DNA of 64,000 nucleotides from positions 62,001 through 126,000 of the forward strand of contig PS015010.1 in NCBI GenBank assembly GCA_048213135.1, in the 5' to 3' direction. The notes beneath the pieces were generated by a model, which saw nothing but the letters and a program-made list of their open reading frames with translations, made no database searches and was not told where the DNA came from. The DNA is from Reclinomonas americana ATCC 50394 (lineage: Eukaryota). This document shows positions 21,301 through 30,580 of the stretch, piece after piece. A program made the translations under genes and the position numbers. The number at the start of each line of letters is the position of its first letter. Position 1 is the first letter of the stretch.

Positions 21301-23931
21301 TGCCAGCAGGTAATCGAAAGGTTTTTCACCATCGGGGAGTTTGAGTCCGGCATAACTGGTATAGGGACTGTAGGGTATCGTCATGTTATCGATACTGAAG
21401 CTGCCGCCGGGTTCAAACACTTTTACCATCAGGTTGGCGCTGAGCATACCGGGAGCGCTTTCGTCTATCTCAAAATTGGTACGCAGCGCTGCATTGCCCT
21501 GTTCGTCGAGTGTGCCGTCGTAGATAGTTTTGCTCTGCGTGGTATAACTGGCGGTTGGGTTGTCAAAATCAAAGCCTGCGAATTTGGGGAAACTGGTCTT
21601 GCGGGCATACAGGCTGGCGTCGATCTTCGCTTTCAGGTTTTTGCCCAATGCGCCAAAAAGCCAGCGGGCATTGATGTTGCCGGTGGCGGTACTGCCAGCG
21701 CCGAGTACGGCATCCTTACCAAAATCAACATTGATCTTAAGCCGGTTGGGCATAACCGTTTCCACTTTAATACGTTTCTCAAAACTGGCACCACCCACTT
21801 TTACACGGGCCAGCCAGTTGCCGGTAGGTGAGGAGGCATCGGTATTCGTTTTGAAAAGATAGAAGCCATCCATGCCCTCAGTCTGTACCATGTGTTTGTA
21901 CAACTGTCCCTGTGGAGTGAACAGGCTGAATTCAACAGGATGGTCTTTGGGCAGTTTGCCTTCTTTATCTTCCACGATAAAGTTGAGGTACATGGTATCG
22001 CCGGGACGCCATACACCGCGTTCGCCAAAGAGGAATCCTTTGATGCCGTTCTTCACTTCTTCGCCGCCTACGTCGAAACGGCTGATGGGTAAGGAACTGC
22101 CATCATCGAGTTTGAGGTATCCCCTTTCAGCACCTTTTTTGGCTACGAGCAGGTAAGGCTTGCGTTTGCAGTCGATTGTTGCGAAACCATCACCGCTGCT
22201 TTTGCCTTTGCTTACTACGGTTTGCTGGTAATCGAGTATCTCCAGGTCCACATCGCCCATGGGTTCGGTGGTGAGGATGTTACTAACGGCAACGGTCAGA
22301 CTATTATCGTTACCTCGTTTCGCGGTGAGGCCGATATTGCTGGCCAGGATATTCCGGGTGGCCCAGCGGTCCTTGTTGTAATAGGATTTACTGGTGGGGT
22401 CATCCCTTCTTTCCCAGTTGTACCCGTAGGGGTAGTAATTGTCGTAACGCTCCCAGAAGGCGTCGTCATCGTCAATGCCATTTCTGCCATAATAGTCTTC
22501 GTATCCTTCGTCGCTGCTTTCTTCGTTGTCAGCAGCGGCTTTTGACGCGGTGTCTGCAGAATGGTAGAGTGAATATTCCGGGCGGAAACCGATGGTGACG
22601 CGGTAAATGGCGCCGGGCTCGGTTTTCAGGAATTTGTCGATGTCTAGGGAGAAGCGTTGTTTCTTATGCAGGTCCATCGTTTTATCATCGTCGAGCCGCA
22701 GTGTTTTTTGTACGATGGGCTTGGCTACCCGCCTGAGTTCGCTGCTGCCGCCGAGGTCATTTTCCTGCAGGAACTGTGGTACGTTATTCTCAAATATTTT
22801 GATGATGCTGATGTCTACCGCGTTGAGGTTAATGGCGTCGAAGGGCAGTACCAGCCTGCCGCTGTTGGGCAGTATATTGCCTTTGCCGTGGATCTTCACG
22901 GAAGGCATGCGGTTTTCGAAAAATACATTGGAAGTAAAACCTTTGTCGAGTACATCGTTCCAGGAATTCTTAATACCGGAGTTGACGTACATCGTGTAAT
23001 TGCCGTCGAGTTTGCCACCGGCAAATACTTTTACCTCGCTGCCGTTGATGCTGTAGGAAATATCCGACTGGTTGCTTACGGTAATAAGACCGGTAAGGTC
23101 CTGCCCGATGGCGATGGGGTCGCTGAATTGCACGGAAGCATATTGCTGCGCTTCGTTTACCGCCATTACATTCAGTACTTTGAAATCGCCTGCGGCGGGT
23201 ACGGCCACCTGTTGTTCGCCTTTTACGTCCATGCCGGCGGGGCTGCCGTTCCAGCTCAGGCTGAGGTTAGCTGCGTTGCTGCCACGGTCAATGTTGTCTA
23301 CAGTAAAGCTGTGTGTTTTGCCGGCATCATTGTGCTGCCAGGTTATTTTCAGGTCTTTGTTATTGAGGGAGGCTTTCAACACTTTTTCTATATCGGCTCC
23401 CTTTTCTATATCGGCGGTCACTACATCACCGCCCAGTGTCATTTTGTTTTTGGTGCCGCTGCTGCGGAGACCATAATCCGTTACTTTAAAAGAAGGTTTC
23501 ACCGTTTTGAGGCTGAACCGGAAATTACTGTATTTGCCGGGTACCTTGGTCACTTTACCCAATTTAAAACTGACTTCATACAACTGGTCGGTTTTCAGTT
23601 GTGATTCGGGTTTGAATTCAATGGTCCTCGCGTCGAGCCAGGTGGCTTTACCGCTTACAGATGGCGAGAAGGAGAAAAGTTTTTCTTTTACTTCCTCACC
23701 CAGAGAATGGGTTGTGGCGGCGTCGCCTGCCAGCTGAATGCGGATGCTGCTGGTTTTGGAAACGGTGCCTGTCGTATAGGCGTCGATGAACTGGCTGAAA
23801 GCGGGATCAACGTCGATCCATTTTTCTTTTTTGTTGCAGGAGGCAAAGGCCAGGAGGACGGATGCAAGCATAAGGGTCCTGAAAAAAGTTGCCTTGAACT
23901 TTTCAGTACCTGGAACACGGTCGGGGTCCAT
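18328..23931 (-). CDS. Alpha-2-macroglobulin family lipoprotein, YfhM-like (thioester CIEQ)
   Basis: Lipobox-like FASC, ERGVWRPGD, YPHGCIEQ thioester motif, RDDRV, AEAMYD; upstream of pbpC. Confidence 0.93.
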   Translation of the reverse strand: MDPDRVPGTEKFKATFFRTLMLASVLLAFASCNKKEKWIDVDPAFSQFIDAYTTGTVSKTSSIRIQLAGDAATTHSLGEEVKEKLFSFSPSVSGKATWLDARTIEFKPESQLKTDQLYEVSFKLGKVTKVPGKYSNFRFSLKTVKPSFKVTDYGLRSSGTKNKMTLGGDVVTADIEKGADIEKVLKASLNNKDLKITWQHNDAGKTHSFTVDNIDRGSNAANLSLSWNGSPAGMDVKGEQQVAVPAAGDFKVLNVMAVNEAQQYASVQFSDPIAIGQDLTGLITVSNQSDISYSINGSEVKVFAGGKLDGNYTMYVNSGIKNSWNDVLDKGFTSNVFFENRMPSVKIHGKGNILPNSGRLVLPFDAINLNAVDISIIKIFENNVPQFLQENDLGGSSELRRVAKPIVQKTLRLDDDKTMDLHKKQRFSLDIDKFLKTEPGAIYRVTIGFRPEYSLYHSADTASKAAADNEESSDEGYEDYYGRNGIDDDDAFWERYDNYYPYGYNWERRDDPTSKSYYNKDRWATRNILASNIGLTAKRGNDNSLTVAVSNILTTEPMGDVDLEILDYQQTVVSKGKSSGDGFATIDCKRKPYLLVAKKGAERGYLKLDDGSSLPISRFDVGGEEVKNGIKGFLFGERGVWRPGDTMYLNFIVEDKEGKLPKDHPVEFSLFTPQGQLYKHMVQTEGMDGFYLFKTNTDASSPTGNWLARVKVGGASFEKRIKVETVMPNRLKINVDFGKDAVLGAGSTATGNINARWLFGALGKNLKAKIDASLYARKTSFPKFAGFDFDNPTASYTTQSKTIYDGTLDEQGNAALRTNFEIDESAPGMLSANLMVKVFEPGGSFSIDNMTIPYSPYTSYAGLKLPDGEKPFDYLLAGKNHTVQLVNVDSRGNLIAGNNDVEVQFYRIQWRWWWDNNGGSLSNFTQDEYNKLLKKETVHLTNGRGQWQFGTSESEWGRYLILVKDLKSGHTSGSIFYIDEPGWQSRGGGDDQTAASMLSFTSSKEKYNVGEEVTLTIPSSSGGRVLVSLESGSKVIRSFWQETKQGQTLVKFKAETGMAPNIYATVSLMQPHAQTINDLPIRMYGSIPLFIEDKNTRLNPVLNMASSIRPEQNVSFTVSEQQGKEMTYCVAIVDEGLLDLTRFKTPNPYDAFYAREALGVKSFDMFDYVIGAWGGDLERILTIGGDAEAGPVKQKTANRFKPVVKYLGPFHLNKGQTQKQSFTLPSYIGSVRAMVVAAHEGSYGFTEKAVAVKKPLMLLATVPRVLGPTETIKLPVTVFAMENNVKNVKVSLQSNPFLEVVGSSTQQVNFAQPGETMVYFDVRVKPATGIGKVKILASSGSEKADYEVELDIRNPNPPVTSVTEMVLAPGQQWRTTAAPIGVPANSSAMVEISSIPSMNLQKRLNYLIQYPHGCIEQTCSSVFPQLVLNQLTDLDEARKAQVDRNIRAAIAKLQNFQRPDGGFSYWPGLNESDEWGTNYAGHFLAEAQAAGYTVSDYMMQQFKNFQRGKANSWVPSTTNFYGGDLTQSYRLYTLALLKSPELGAMNRLKEFKYISPEAKWRLAATYQLAGQANTAVNLINGLPATFDQRPSPGITFGSSLRDQAMVLETLTLMGKRNKAAELLTSIAAQLSQESWYSTQTTAYALIAIAKYCGKNPSGAKIMANSNIGGKSTDIVTATYLKQMPVVFTSSNGSNVVITNKGSNTLYVRLVTQGQPLAGDSLSVHNNPGTLGMTVSYINANGSPVDISKLAQGSDFVAKVTLTNPGKRGYYSQMALSQIFPSGWEILNARMFDGEGAFKSSSSTYQDIRDDRVYTYFNISAGESVTYYVQLNAAYLGRYFLPGTFAEAMYDNSISAGVNGRWVEVTAP

Positions 23932-24054
23932 AATGTTGATGTATTTTTTTTGTTCAGCACAACCAGGACGATCGCACTGTTGTTGTTTTGATACAGTAAA
24001 TGTTGTAAGATTTTTTGATATCTACAAGAAGAAGGGGTAAGATTTCCTGTTAAA

Positions 24055-24160
24055 AATGTGAAAATATGCAAATGCGGGAATGAGCCAATGAGCGAATAAG
24101 AAAGCAGGCTCCCATTACCCGGAGCATTGTCACATTACCGGATCGTCAAATCATCACACT
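24055..24160. repeat. Inverted degenerate 8-mer arrays around a small hairpin
   Basis: AATGTGAA AATATGCA AATGCGGG AATGAGCC AATGAGCG on the left; CATTGTCA CATTACCG ... AATCATCA on the right; central GCTCC/GGAGC. Confidence 0.55.
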
Positions 24161-24162
24161 GG

Positions 24163-25371
24163 TTAAATTACCTGGTTCTTCAACAAATCTTCAAACGTAT
24201 CGCGGCGGCGGATGAGCGCAGCTTTGCCGTCCTTTACCAGTACCTCGGCTGGTTTGAGGCGGGAGTTGAAGTTGGAGGACATCTCGAAACCGTAGGCACC
24301 GGCATTGTAAAAGACAAGGTAGTCGCCTTCCCTTACTTCGCTGATCTTGCGGTCCCAGGCAAAAGTGTCGGTTTCGCAGATATTGCCCACTACCGTATAA
24401 ATGCGTTCGGCGCCGTTGCCGTTGCTGATGTTCTCGATATGGTGGTAGGCTTCGTACATCATGGGGCGGATGAGATGGTTGAAACCACTGTTTACCCCGG
24501 CGAACACCGTTGCAGGGGTTTGTTTCACCACGTTGGCCTTTACCACGAAATAACCGCACTGGCTTACCAGGTATTTGCCCGGTTCAAACCATACCTGCAG
24601 TTTTTTGCCGCTTTCTTTTTCAAAAGCTTCAAAAGAGCGGGCTACTTTTTCGCCGAGCGACTCTACGTCGGTCTCAGGATCAGCGGGCTGGTAAGGCACT
24701 TTAAAACCGCTGCCCAGGTCAACATATTTCAGGTTGGGGAAATGTGTGGCCATGCTGAACATTACTTCCAGCCCTTCCAGGAACACATTCACGTCTTTGA
24801 TCTCGCTGCCGGTATGCATATGAATACCTTCCACATTGAGGTTGGTGGTCTTTACGATCCTTTCGATATGACGCATCTGGTGAATGGAGATGCCAAATTT
24901 ACTGTCCACATGCCCGGTCGATATTTTGAAATTACCACCGGCCATAATGTGCGGGTTCAGGCGGATGCAAACCGGGTAGCTGTTGCCAAAACGGTTGCCG
25001 AACTGCTCGAGCAGGGAAATGTTATCGATGTTGATGTGTACGCCCAGTTCCTTTACTTGCAGGATCTCTTCAAAATCGACACAGTTGGGTGTATATAAGA
25101 TGTTGCCGGGCTGGAAACCCGCCATGAGGCCGAGCTTTACCTCGTTGATGCTTACGCAGTCGAGGGAAGCGCCCAGTTCATTGATGTAACGGAGTATGTT
25201 CACATTGGTCAGGGCCTTGCAGGCATAGAAGAAACGCGTATCGGTCTTAGAGAAAGCTTTGTGCAGTTTCTGGTATTGTTCAGCTATGCGTTCCGCGTGG
25301 TAAATATAAACTGGTGTGCCGTATTCGTTGGCGATGGCAACCAGTTGTTCTCCTGACAATGTTTGGGACAT
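24163..25371 (-). CDS. lysA: Diaminopimelate decarboxylase
   Basis: YACKA (PLP Lys), SKFG, HMHTGS, EPGKYLV, GNICETD, GAYG motifs. Confidence 0.96.
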   Translation of the reverse strand: MSQTLSGEQLVAIANEYGTPVYIYHAERIAEQYQKLHKAFSKTDTRFFYACKALTNVNILRYINELGASLDCVSINEVKLGLMAGFQPGNILYTPNCVDFEEILQVKELGVHINIDNISLLEQFGNRFGNSYPVCIRLNPHIMAGGNFKISTGHVDSKFGISIHQMRHIERIVKTTNLNVEGIHMHTGSEIKDVNVFLEGLEVMFSMATHFPNLKYVDLGSGFKVPYQPADPETDVESLGEKVARSFEAFEKESGKKLQVWFEPGKYLVSQCGYFVVKANVVKQTPATVFAGVNSGFNHLIRPMMYEAYHHIENISNGNGAERIYTVVGNICETDTFAWDRKISEVREGDYLVFYNAGAYGFEMSSNFNSRLKPAEVLVKDGKAALIRRRDTFEDLLKNQVI

Positions 25372-25417
25372 AAATGATCCTGTATTTTATTTTTTTATTC
25401 GTGTATTACGGTAATGA

Positions 25418-26512
25418 TTATACGAAAACTTCCTGTATTTCCGTGGGTACGAGATTGGCGTTGCGCATAGCGATACCTCTTGCGGCATTACCGGCGAACT
25501 CTGTAAACGCTTTTTTGCTGATCTCGTCCGCGCTGACCATGGCCGGTACACCGGTGTCGCCACCTTCGCGGATGCTTTGCACGAGCGGGATCTGCCCCAG
25601 GAAAGGAATATCAAATTCGCTGGCCAGGTTCTTCCCGCCGTCCTTTCCAAAAATATAATATTTATTGCCGGGCAATTCTTCCGGGGTAAAATAACTCATA
25701 TTCTCCACCAGTCCTATCACAGGTACTTTGAGCTGGGCCTGCCCGAACATGGCGATGCCTTTTTTAGCGTCGGCCAGGGCTACTGTTTGAGGAGTGGTTA
25801 CAACGATGACACCGGTAACAGGCACGGTCTGTACCATGGTCAGGTGTATATCGCCGGTACCGGGCGGCATATCGATCACCAGGTAATCGAGTTCGCCCCA
25901 GTCCACTTCGCTCACAAACTGGCGGATGGCACTGCTTACCATCGGTCCGCGCCAAACAACGGCCTGTTTTTCATCGATCAGCAGACCAATGCTCATCATT
26001 TTAATGCCGAATTTTTCAATAGGAACGATCATGCCTTTTCCGTCCACATCCTTCATCATCGGACGTTCGCCGCGAACACCAAACATAATGTGCTGGCTTG
26101 GTCCGTATATGTCAGCGTCCATCAGTCCTACAGAAGCACCACCCTGCGCCAGTGCCAGTGCCAGGTTGGCCGATACGGTACTTTTTCCCACGCCTCCTTT
26201 GCCACTCACCACTGCGATAATATTTTTTACACCACCAAGTACCTGTTTACCGTCTTTACGGTTGCTGCTGGTATTGCTGGTAAAATTCACTTTTACCACG
26301 GCATCTTTGTTCACCAGCAGTTTAACGGCATTGATGCAGGCGTTCATGATCATATCTTTCAGCGGGCAGGCGGGAGTGGTCAGTACCACGGTGAAAGACA
26401 CATGATTACCGTCGATAACAATGTCTTTTACCATATTCAGCGTTACCAGGTCTTGCCCCAGATCGGGTTCCTGTACATTACTCAGCGCCTTTAAAATATC
26501 CTCTTGGGTCAT
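25418..26512 (-). CDS. mrp: Mrp/NBP35 (ApbC) Fe-S cluster carrier ATPase
   Basis: N-terminal DUF59-like TTPACP, SGKGGVGKST, DMPPGTGD, VENMS. Confidence 0.94.
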   Translation of the reverse strand: MTQEDILKALSNVQEPDLGQDLVTLNMVKDIVIDGNHVSFTVVLTTPACPLKDMIMNACINAVKLLVNKDAVVKVNFTSNTSSNRKDGKQVLGGVKNIIAVVSGKGGVGKSTVSANLALALAQGGASVGLMDADIYGPSQHIMFGVRGERPMMKDVDGKGMIVPIEKFGIKMMSIGLLIDEKQAVVWRGPMVSSAIRQFVSEVDWGELDYLVIDMPPGTGDIHLTMVQTVPVTGVIVVTTPQTVALADAKKGIAMFGQAQLKVPVIGLVENMSYFTPEELPGNKYYIFGKDGGKNLASEFDIPFLGQIPLVQSIREGGDTGVPAMVSADEISKKAFTEFAGNAARGIAMRNANLVPTEIQEVFV

Positions 26513-26671
26513 CGTTCAATTATTTGTTAAAAACAAGATGCAGCCGCAAAATTAAACATTGATGCCTTTACTTTGTTTATTAATTGAGGAATTCAGTGGT
26601 CCCCGGTATTTTGTTACTTTTGCAGCGTATTCCTTCACATGATTATTCCCTGTAAACCATAAAGGGCAAAT

Positions 26672-27316
26672 ATGAAGTTAATTGTACGATACTTTTTTAT
26701 TGCTGTTCTTTTTACTATGCCTTCACTGGCGAAGGCCCAGTTTGAGAGCATCAGGGATTCCGTTGTACAATTGTACGGTATTGTGATGACGGCCGACAGC
26801 CTGAAAGGGCTGGAATCGGTAAGTGTGACGGTGAAAGGGCAGAACCGCGGTACCATTACCAACAATAAAGGCGTTTTCAGCATCGTGGTAATGAAGGGTG
26901 ATATGGTGGAGTTTACCAGCGTGGGTTACAAACCCAAACTGATCGAGATACCAAAAAACCTGGTGGGTAACCAGCACAGCGTTATACAGCTGATGGTGAA
27001 TGATACGGTATACCTGGCCGCCACCATTATTAAATCAAGACCTACCCGGGCCCAGTTTGAGCGTGACTTCGTGAACGCACAGGTGCCCGACGATTATATT
27101 GCCATTGCCCGGAAAAATAACGACGAAGCCACCCGGAAAACCCTCATCGCCACATTGCCTACCGACGGCCGTGAAGCCAGCAGCCAGTACCTGCGCCAGG
27201 CATCGGCCAAATCTTACTACGCCGGACAGGCCCCTCCCCAGAATATCTTTAACCCCTTTGCCTGGGCCGAATTCATCAAAGCATGGAAACGGGGAGATTA
27301 TAAAAGCAAAAAATAA
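26672..27316 (+). CDS. Carboxypeptidase-like regulatory domain protein, secreted
   Basis: Signal peptide ending A-Q; GTITNNKGVFSI...FTSVGYK pattern. Confidence 0.8.
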   Translation: MKLIVRYFFIAVLFTMPSLAKAQFESIRDSVVQLYGIVMTADSLKGLESVSVTVKGQNRGTITNNKGVFSIVVMKGDMVEFTSVGYKPKLIEIPKNLVGNQHSVIQLMVNDTVYLAATIIKSRPTRAQFERDFVNAQVPDDYIAIARKNNDEATRKTLIATLPTDGREASSQYLRQASAKSYYAGQAPPQNIFNPFAWAEFIKAWKRGDYKSKK

Positions 27317-27371
27317 TCCTCTTTACAGCGAATGATCGGGGAATGACTGTTTTCGTGAACTTACTGCACGG

Positions 27372-27432
27372 TAATTCATAATTAGTAATTCGTAATTAGT
27401 AATTTCACCCCTCATTCATCACTCTAATTACT
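27372..27432. repeat. GTAATTC/GTAATTA heptamer array
   Basis: GTAATTC ATAATTA GTAATTC GTAATTA GTAATTT. Confidence 0.75.
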
Positions 27433-27436
27433 AAGC

Positions 27437-27952
27437 TTGTCAAAAGTTTTTCTCAACGGTTTCATGGGCAGTGGTAAAAGCCATTGGGGCAGGATATGGG
27501 CCGAAGCCTCCGGTCTTGATTTCTATGACCTGGATACAGAGATTGAAACAGCAGAAGGCCTCACCGTGGCAGATATCTTCGAAAAAAAAGGAGAGTCTTT
27601 CTTCCGGGAAAAAGAAAAGGAAATGCTGCGGAGTTTTGCGGGTAAAGACAATTTCATCCTTTCCTGTGGTGGCGGCACTCCCGGTTTAAACGACAATATG
27701 CATTGGATGAACGGGCAGGGTATTACGGTTTACCTGCAGGCTACACCTTCTTTTATTCTTGAAAAAGTGTCGGGGGAGATCAGTAAACGGCCGTTGCTGA
27801 AGCTGGCCAATCCCGCGGAATTACTTTTCTTCATTGAACAGAAATTAAAAGAACGGGAACCTTTTTATGCGGCAGCGAAAATGGTCCTCCCGGTGGAAGA
27901 GTTAAATGAAATGACCATTGACTATATTCTCAAGACCAATGGTAAATCGTAA
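27437..27952 (+). CDS. aroK: Shikimate kinase
   Basis: GFMGSGKS, DLD, GESFFREKE, CGGG, RPLL motifs; TTG start. Confidence 0.93.
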   Translation: MSKVFLNGFMGSGKSHWGRIWAEASGLDFYDLDTEIETAEGLTVADIFEKKGESFFREKEKEMLRSFAGKDNFILSCGGGTPGLNDNMHWMNGQGITVYLQATPSFILEKVSGEISKRPLLKLANPAELLFFIEQKLKEREPFYAAAKMVLPVEELNEMTIDYILKTNGKS

Positions 27953-28041
27953 GCATAACCATCATACGGTTTACCATTTGCAATTTGCCTGCGCAGTATT
28001 CCTAATTCATCATTCATCATTCATAATCATACACTCGTCTT

Positions 28042-28428
28042 ATGAATAAAACTTTCCTTTCCATAGCTGCACTTCTGGGCGCATTAGCTGTAGCCCTTGG
28101 CGCTTTTGCCGCTCACGGTTTAAAAGAATTGCTGGCTGCCGACCAGGTACAGGTATTTGAAACGGCTGTACGTTACCAGTTCTATCATGTGTTCGCGCTG
28201 CTGGCCGTGGGCCTGTTGTATAAAGACTTTCCTTCAAAGGCCATGTTGTGGGCAGGCCGCCTTTTTATTACCGGCATTCTTTTTTTCAGCGGATCGCTGT
28301 ATGCCATGACTTTCTGCAAATACCAGGGTATGGAAGCCCGCTGGCTTGGGCCAATAACACCGCTGGGTGGTGTACTTTTTATTGCGGGCTGGTTGCTGCT
28401 GTTCGCGGCTATCGTGAAGAAGAAGTAA
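28042..28428 (+). CDS. DUF423 (YgdD/TMEM256) membrane protein
   Basis: GAFAAHGL, YQFYH, LFFSGSLY, GPITPLGG. Confidence 0.92.
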   Translation: MNKTFLSIAALLGALAVALGAFAAHGLKELLAADQVQVFETAVRYQFYHVFALLAVGLLYKDFPSKAMLWAGRLFITGILFFSGSLYAMTFCKYQGMEARWLGPITPLGGVLFIAGWLLLFAAIVKKK

Positions 28429-30310
28429 AACCCACCACCTCTCTGCGAAGGGTGATAAGTGTACCATTGTTGTTTTCGATATGGAATTCAATGTCCACAT
28501 CTTCCATACGTTTCCGCATATTTTTAAGTCCGTTACTGAACTGGCGCAGTTCATTGAAGTTGATGCCAACGCCGTTATCCTGGATATACAGACTGAGCGC
28601 ATCTCCCTCGCGTACCAGGCGTATGCTGACTTCGGTGGCTTTGGCATGTTTTAACGCGTTGTTGAGCGCTTCTTTCACTACCAGGAAAACATTGCGCCTG
28701 ATCTTACCCGCTACTTCAATATTGGGCAGGTCATTCGGTATTTCTATTTTACAATTCACGCCGGAGTTCTCAAAATATTCCAACGCGTAAGCCCGGATGT
28801 AGGCAGTCATATTACCCAGTGAATCGTTACTGCTGCTCATACTCCAGATGATGGCGTTCATTTTGGTGAGCAACTCGTTGGCTGATGAAGATATCTTTTC
28901 AATTTCGGGTATTGGTTGTTCACCCAGTTTATGTTTGGCCAGTTCGCTGTAGAGGCGGATGGTGGTCATACCTGCACCGAGGTCATCATGCATATCGGCA
29001 CTGATTCGGTTGCGTTCTTCCTGCTGCGCCTGTATAATGGCGAGTTGGGTTTCAAATTCTTTTTTCTCCGCTTCCAGTTTCAGCGCTTCCTGTTCCTTGA
29101 TACCACTGATGAGTTCCTGTTTGTTTTTGTAATTAAGTCCCAGCAGGAAGAAGATAAGCTCCAGTACAATGCCGATATAATAATAAAAAAGTGAGTGAAT
29201 GTACAGGCTGGTGGGTTTTATCTTGAACCAGATAATACCCAGCGATATGGCGGAGAACAATACGAGAGCGGCATTGCCCGCGGCTATATAGTTCATCAGT
29301 TTGTTGTGTTCCTTTGCGGCCAGTATGATGAACATAACACCCAGGGCCAGCATGATGAACTTCATCACGTTTTCCAGCATCAGCTGCGTGGCAAAAGCGG
29401 TAGTAAAAAAATTAAGGTAAGTGTATACCAGCATCAGCAAGGCAACAAACCGCTCGCCCTGTTTCAGTACCGTGTCCAACCGTTTGTAGTTGTTCTTTGT
29501 ATCGAGGAAAGTGCGGGAGAACCGCATATAAAAAAGATTGCCCAGTACCAGCAGCAGGAAATCGAGATAGCTCAGGTAGAGGTTGGTAAAATCGCTGGTG
29601 TTCTTAAGTGTATAGGAGTTCAGGAAAATGAGCAGGAACATGCACAGCGAATACAGGGAGTTATAAAGAAATTCCTTTTTACCATTGATCACGAAATTGG
29701 TGAGCATGAACAGGATCATCATGAGCAGGGTACCGCTGAGGACATAAGAGAAATTCTTCAGGGTAAAATTATTGCCTACGATAATGAGTTTATAACTGTT
29801 GATGAAATCCTCGCTGATCACCGCGGGGATAATGTTATTGAATTCCACCCGGGAGGGTTTAAGGTAGACCAGGAAATGGGCGGACTCCCTGGCTGCAAGG
29901 GTAAATTCGCGGTACCCGGAGTGGCTGTCTTTTTCCGTAAGGGCTACAGGCATATCATCCCGAACCTGGTAAAGTGCGATGCTGTCGAAATAATATCCCG
30001 GGTAATAGTAGTAAGTACGGCCCGAATCGCTGTTGTTTCTTAATGTAGTGGTCAGGTAAAATCCATAGGCAATAAAGTCAGGGGGCAGCCGTTTCCTCCT
30101 GTTGAAATCGGAAAGCGGGTTAAAGTGCTGCTGAAGTACTGTTTGAGGTGTGAACTGGTGATTGCTGTCGATAAGCAGGCCGGTATTCTCCGCTACTTCA
30201 ATCCCTTTCTGCAGGTAGCCAATATCTACCTCAACCGTTCCCAGCCAGGTTTGGGCGCTGAGTCCGGATAAACAACAGCAAATAAGCAGTAGCATGACAA
30301 TCCGCTTCAA
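28409..30310 (-). CDS. 7TM-DISM sensor histidine kinase (HisKA_3/HATPase_c)
   Basis: Likely TTG start giving signal MKRIVMLLL...AQ; seven hydrophobic segments; EERNRISADMHDDLGA; KEALNNALKHA; DNGVG. Confidence 0.88.
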   Translation of the reverse strand: MKRIVMLLLICCCLSGLSAQTWLGTVEVDIGYLQKGIEVAENTGLLIDSNHQFTPQTVLQQHFNPLSDFNRRKRLPPDFIAYGFYLTTTLRNNSDSGRTYYYYPGYYFDSIALYQVRDDMPVALTEKDSHSGYREFTLAARESAHFLVYLKPSRVEFNNIIPAVISEDFINSYKLIIVGNNFTLKNFSYVLSGTLLMMILFMLTNFVINGKKEFLYNSLYSLCMFLLIFLNSYTLKNTSDFTNLYLSYLDFLLLVLGNLFYMRFSRTFLDTKNNYKRLDTVLKQGERFVALLMLVYTYLNFFTTAFATQLMLENVMKFIMLALGVMFIILAAKEHNKLMNYIAAGNAALVLFSAISLGIIWFKIKPTSLYIHSLFYYYIGIVLELIFFLLGLNYKNKQELISGIKEQEALKLEAEKKEFETQLAIIQAQQEERNRISADMHDDLGAGMTTIRLYSELAKHKLGEQPIPEIEKISSSANELLTKMNAIIWSMSSSNDSLGNMTAYIRAYALEYFENSGVNCKIEIPNDLPNIEVAGKIRRNVFLVVKEALNNALKHAKATEVSIRLVREGDALSLYIQDNGVGINFNELRQFSNGLKNMRKRMEDVDIEFHIENNNGTLITLRREVVGFTSSSR

Positions 30311-30566
30311 GGGCAAGTCAGTTTTGTCAAACCTACACAAATATTATGACAATCCCTGTACTGGTACGAAGGGTAGTGTATCAGTTTGAATCCTGTTCCC
30401 TTGTGTCATACCTGGGTAACGAGGTGTCTTTCGCTACAGAAATGAGATTCCTCCTTTCGCCGGAATGGCCAAAAATGAAATTGTTGTACTCCGGGGCGGA
30501 GAGGGATACGAGATTGGGGAGACGGGATACCACATCTTTTTCATACGTTTGCATTGCCCTATTTTT

Positions 30567-30574
30567 TAATTTTG
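30567..30574 (+). promoter_or_regulatory. Bacteroidota -7 promoter box for ftsK
   Basis: TAATTTTG, 6 nt upstream of the ATG at 30581. Confidence 0.65.
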
Positions 30575-30580
30575 CAGAGA

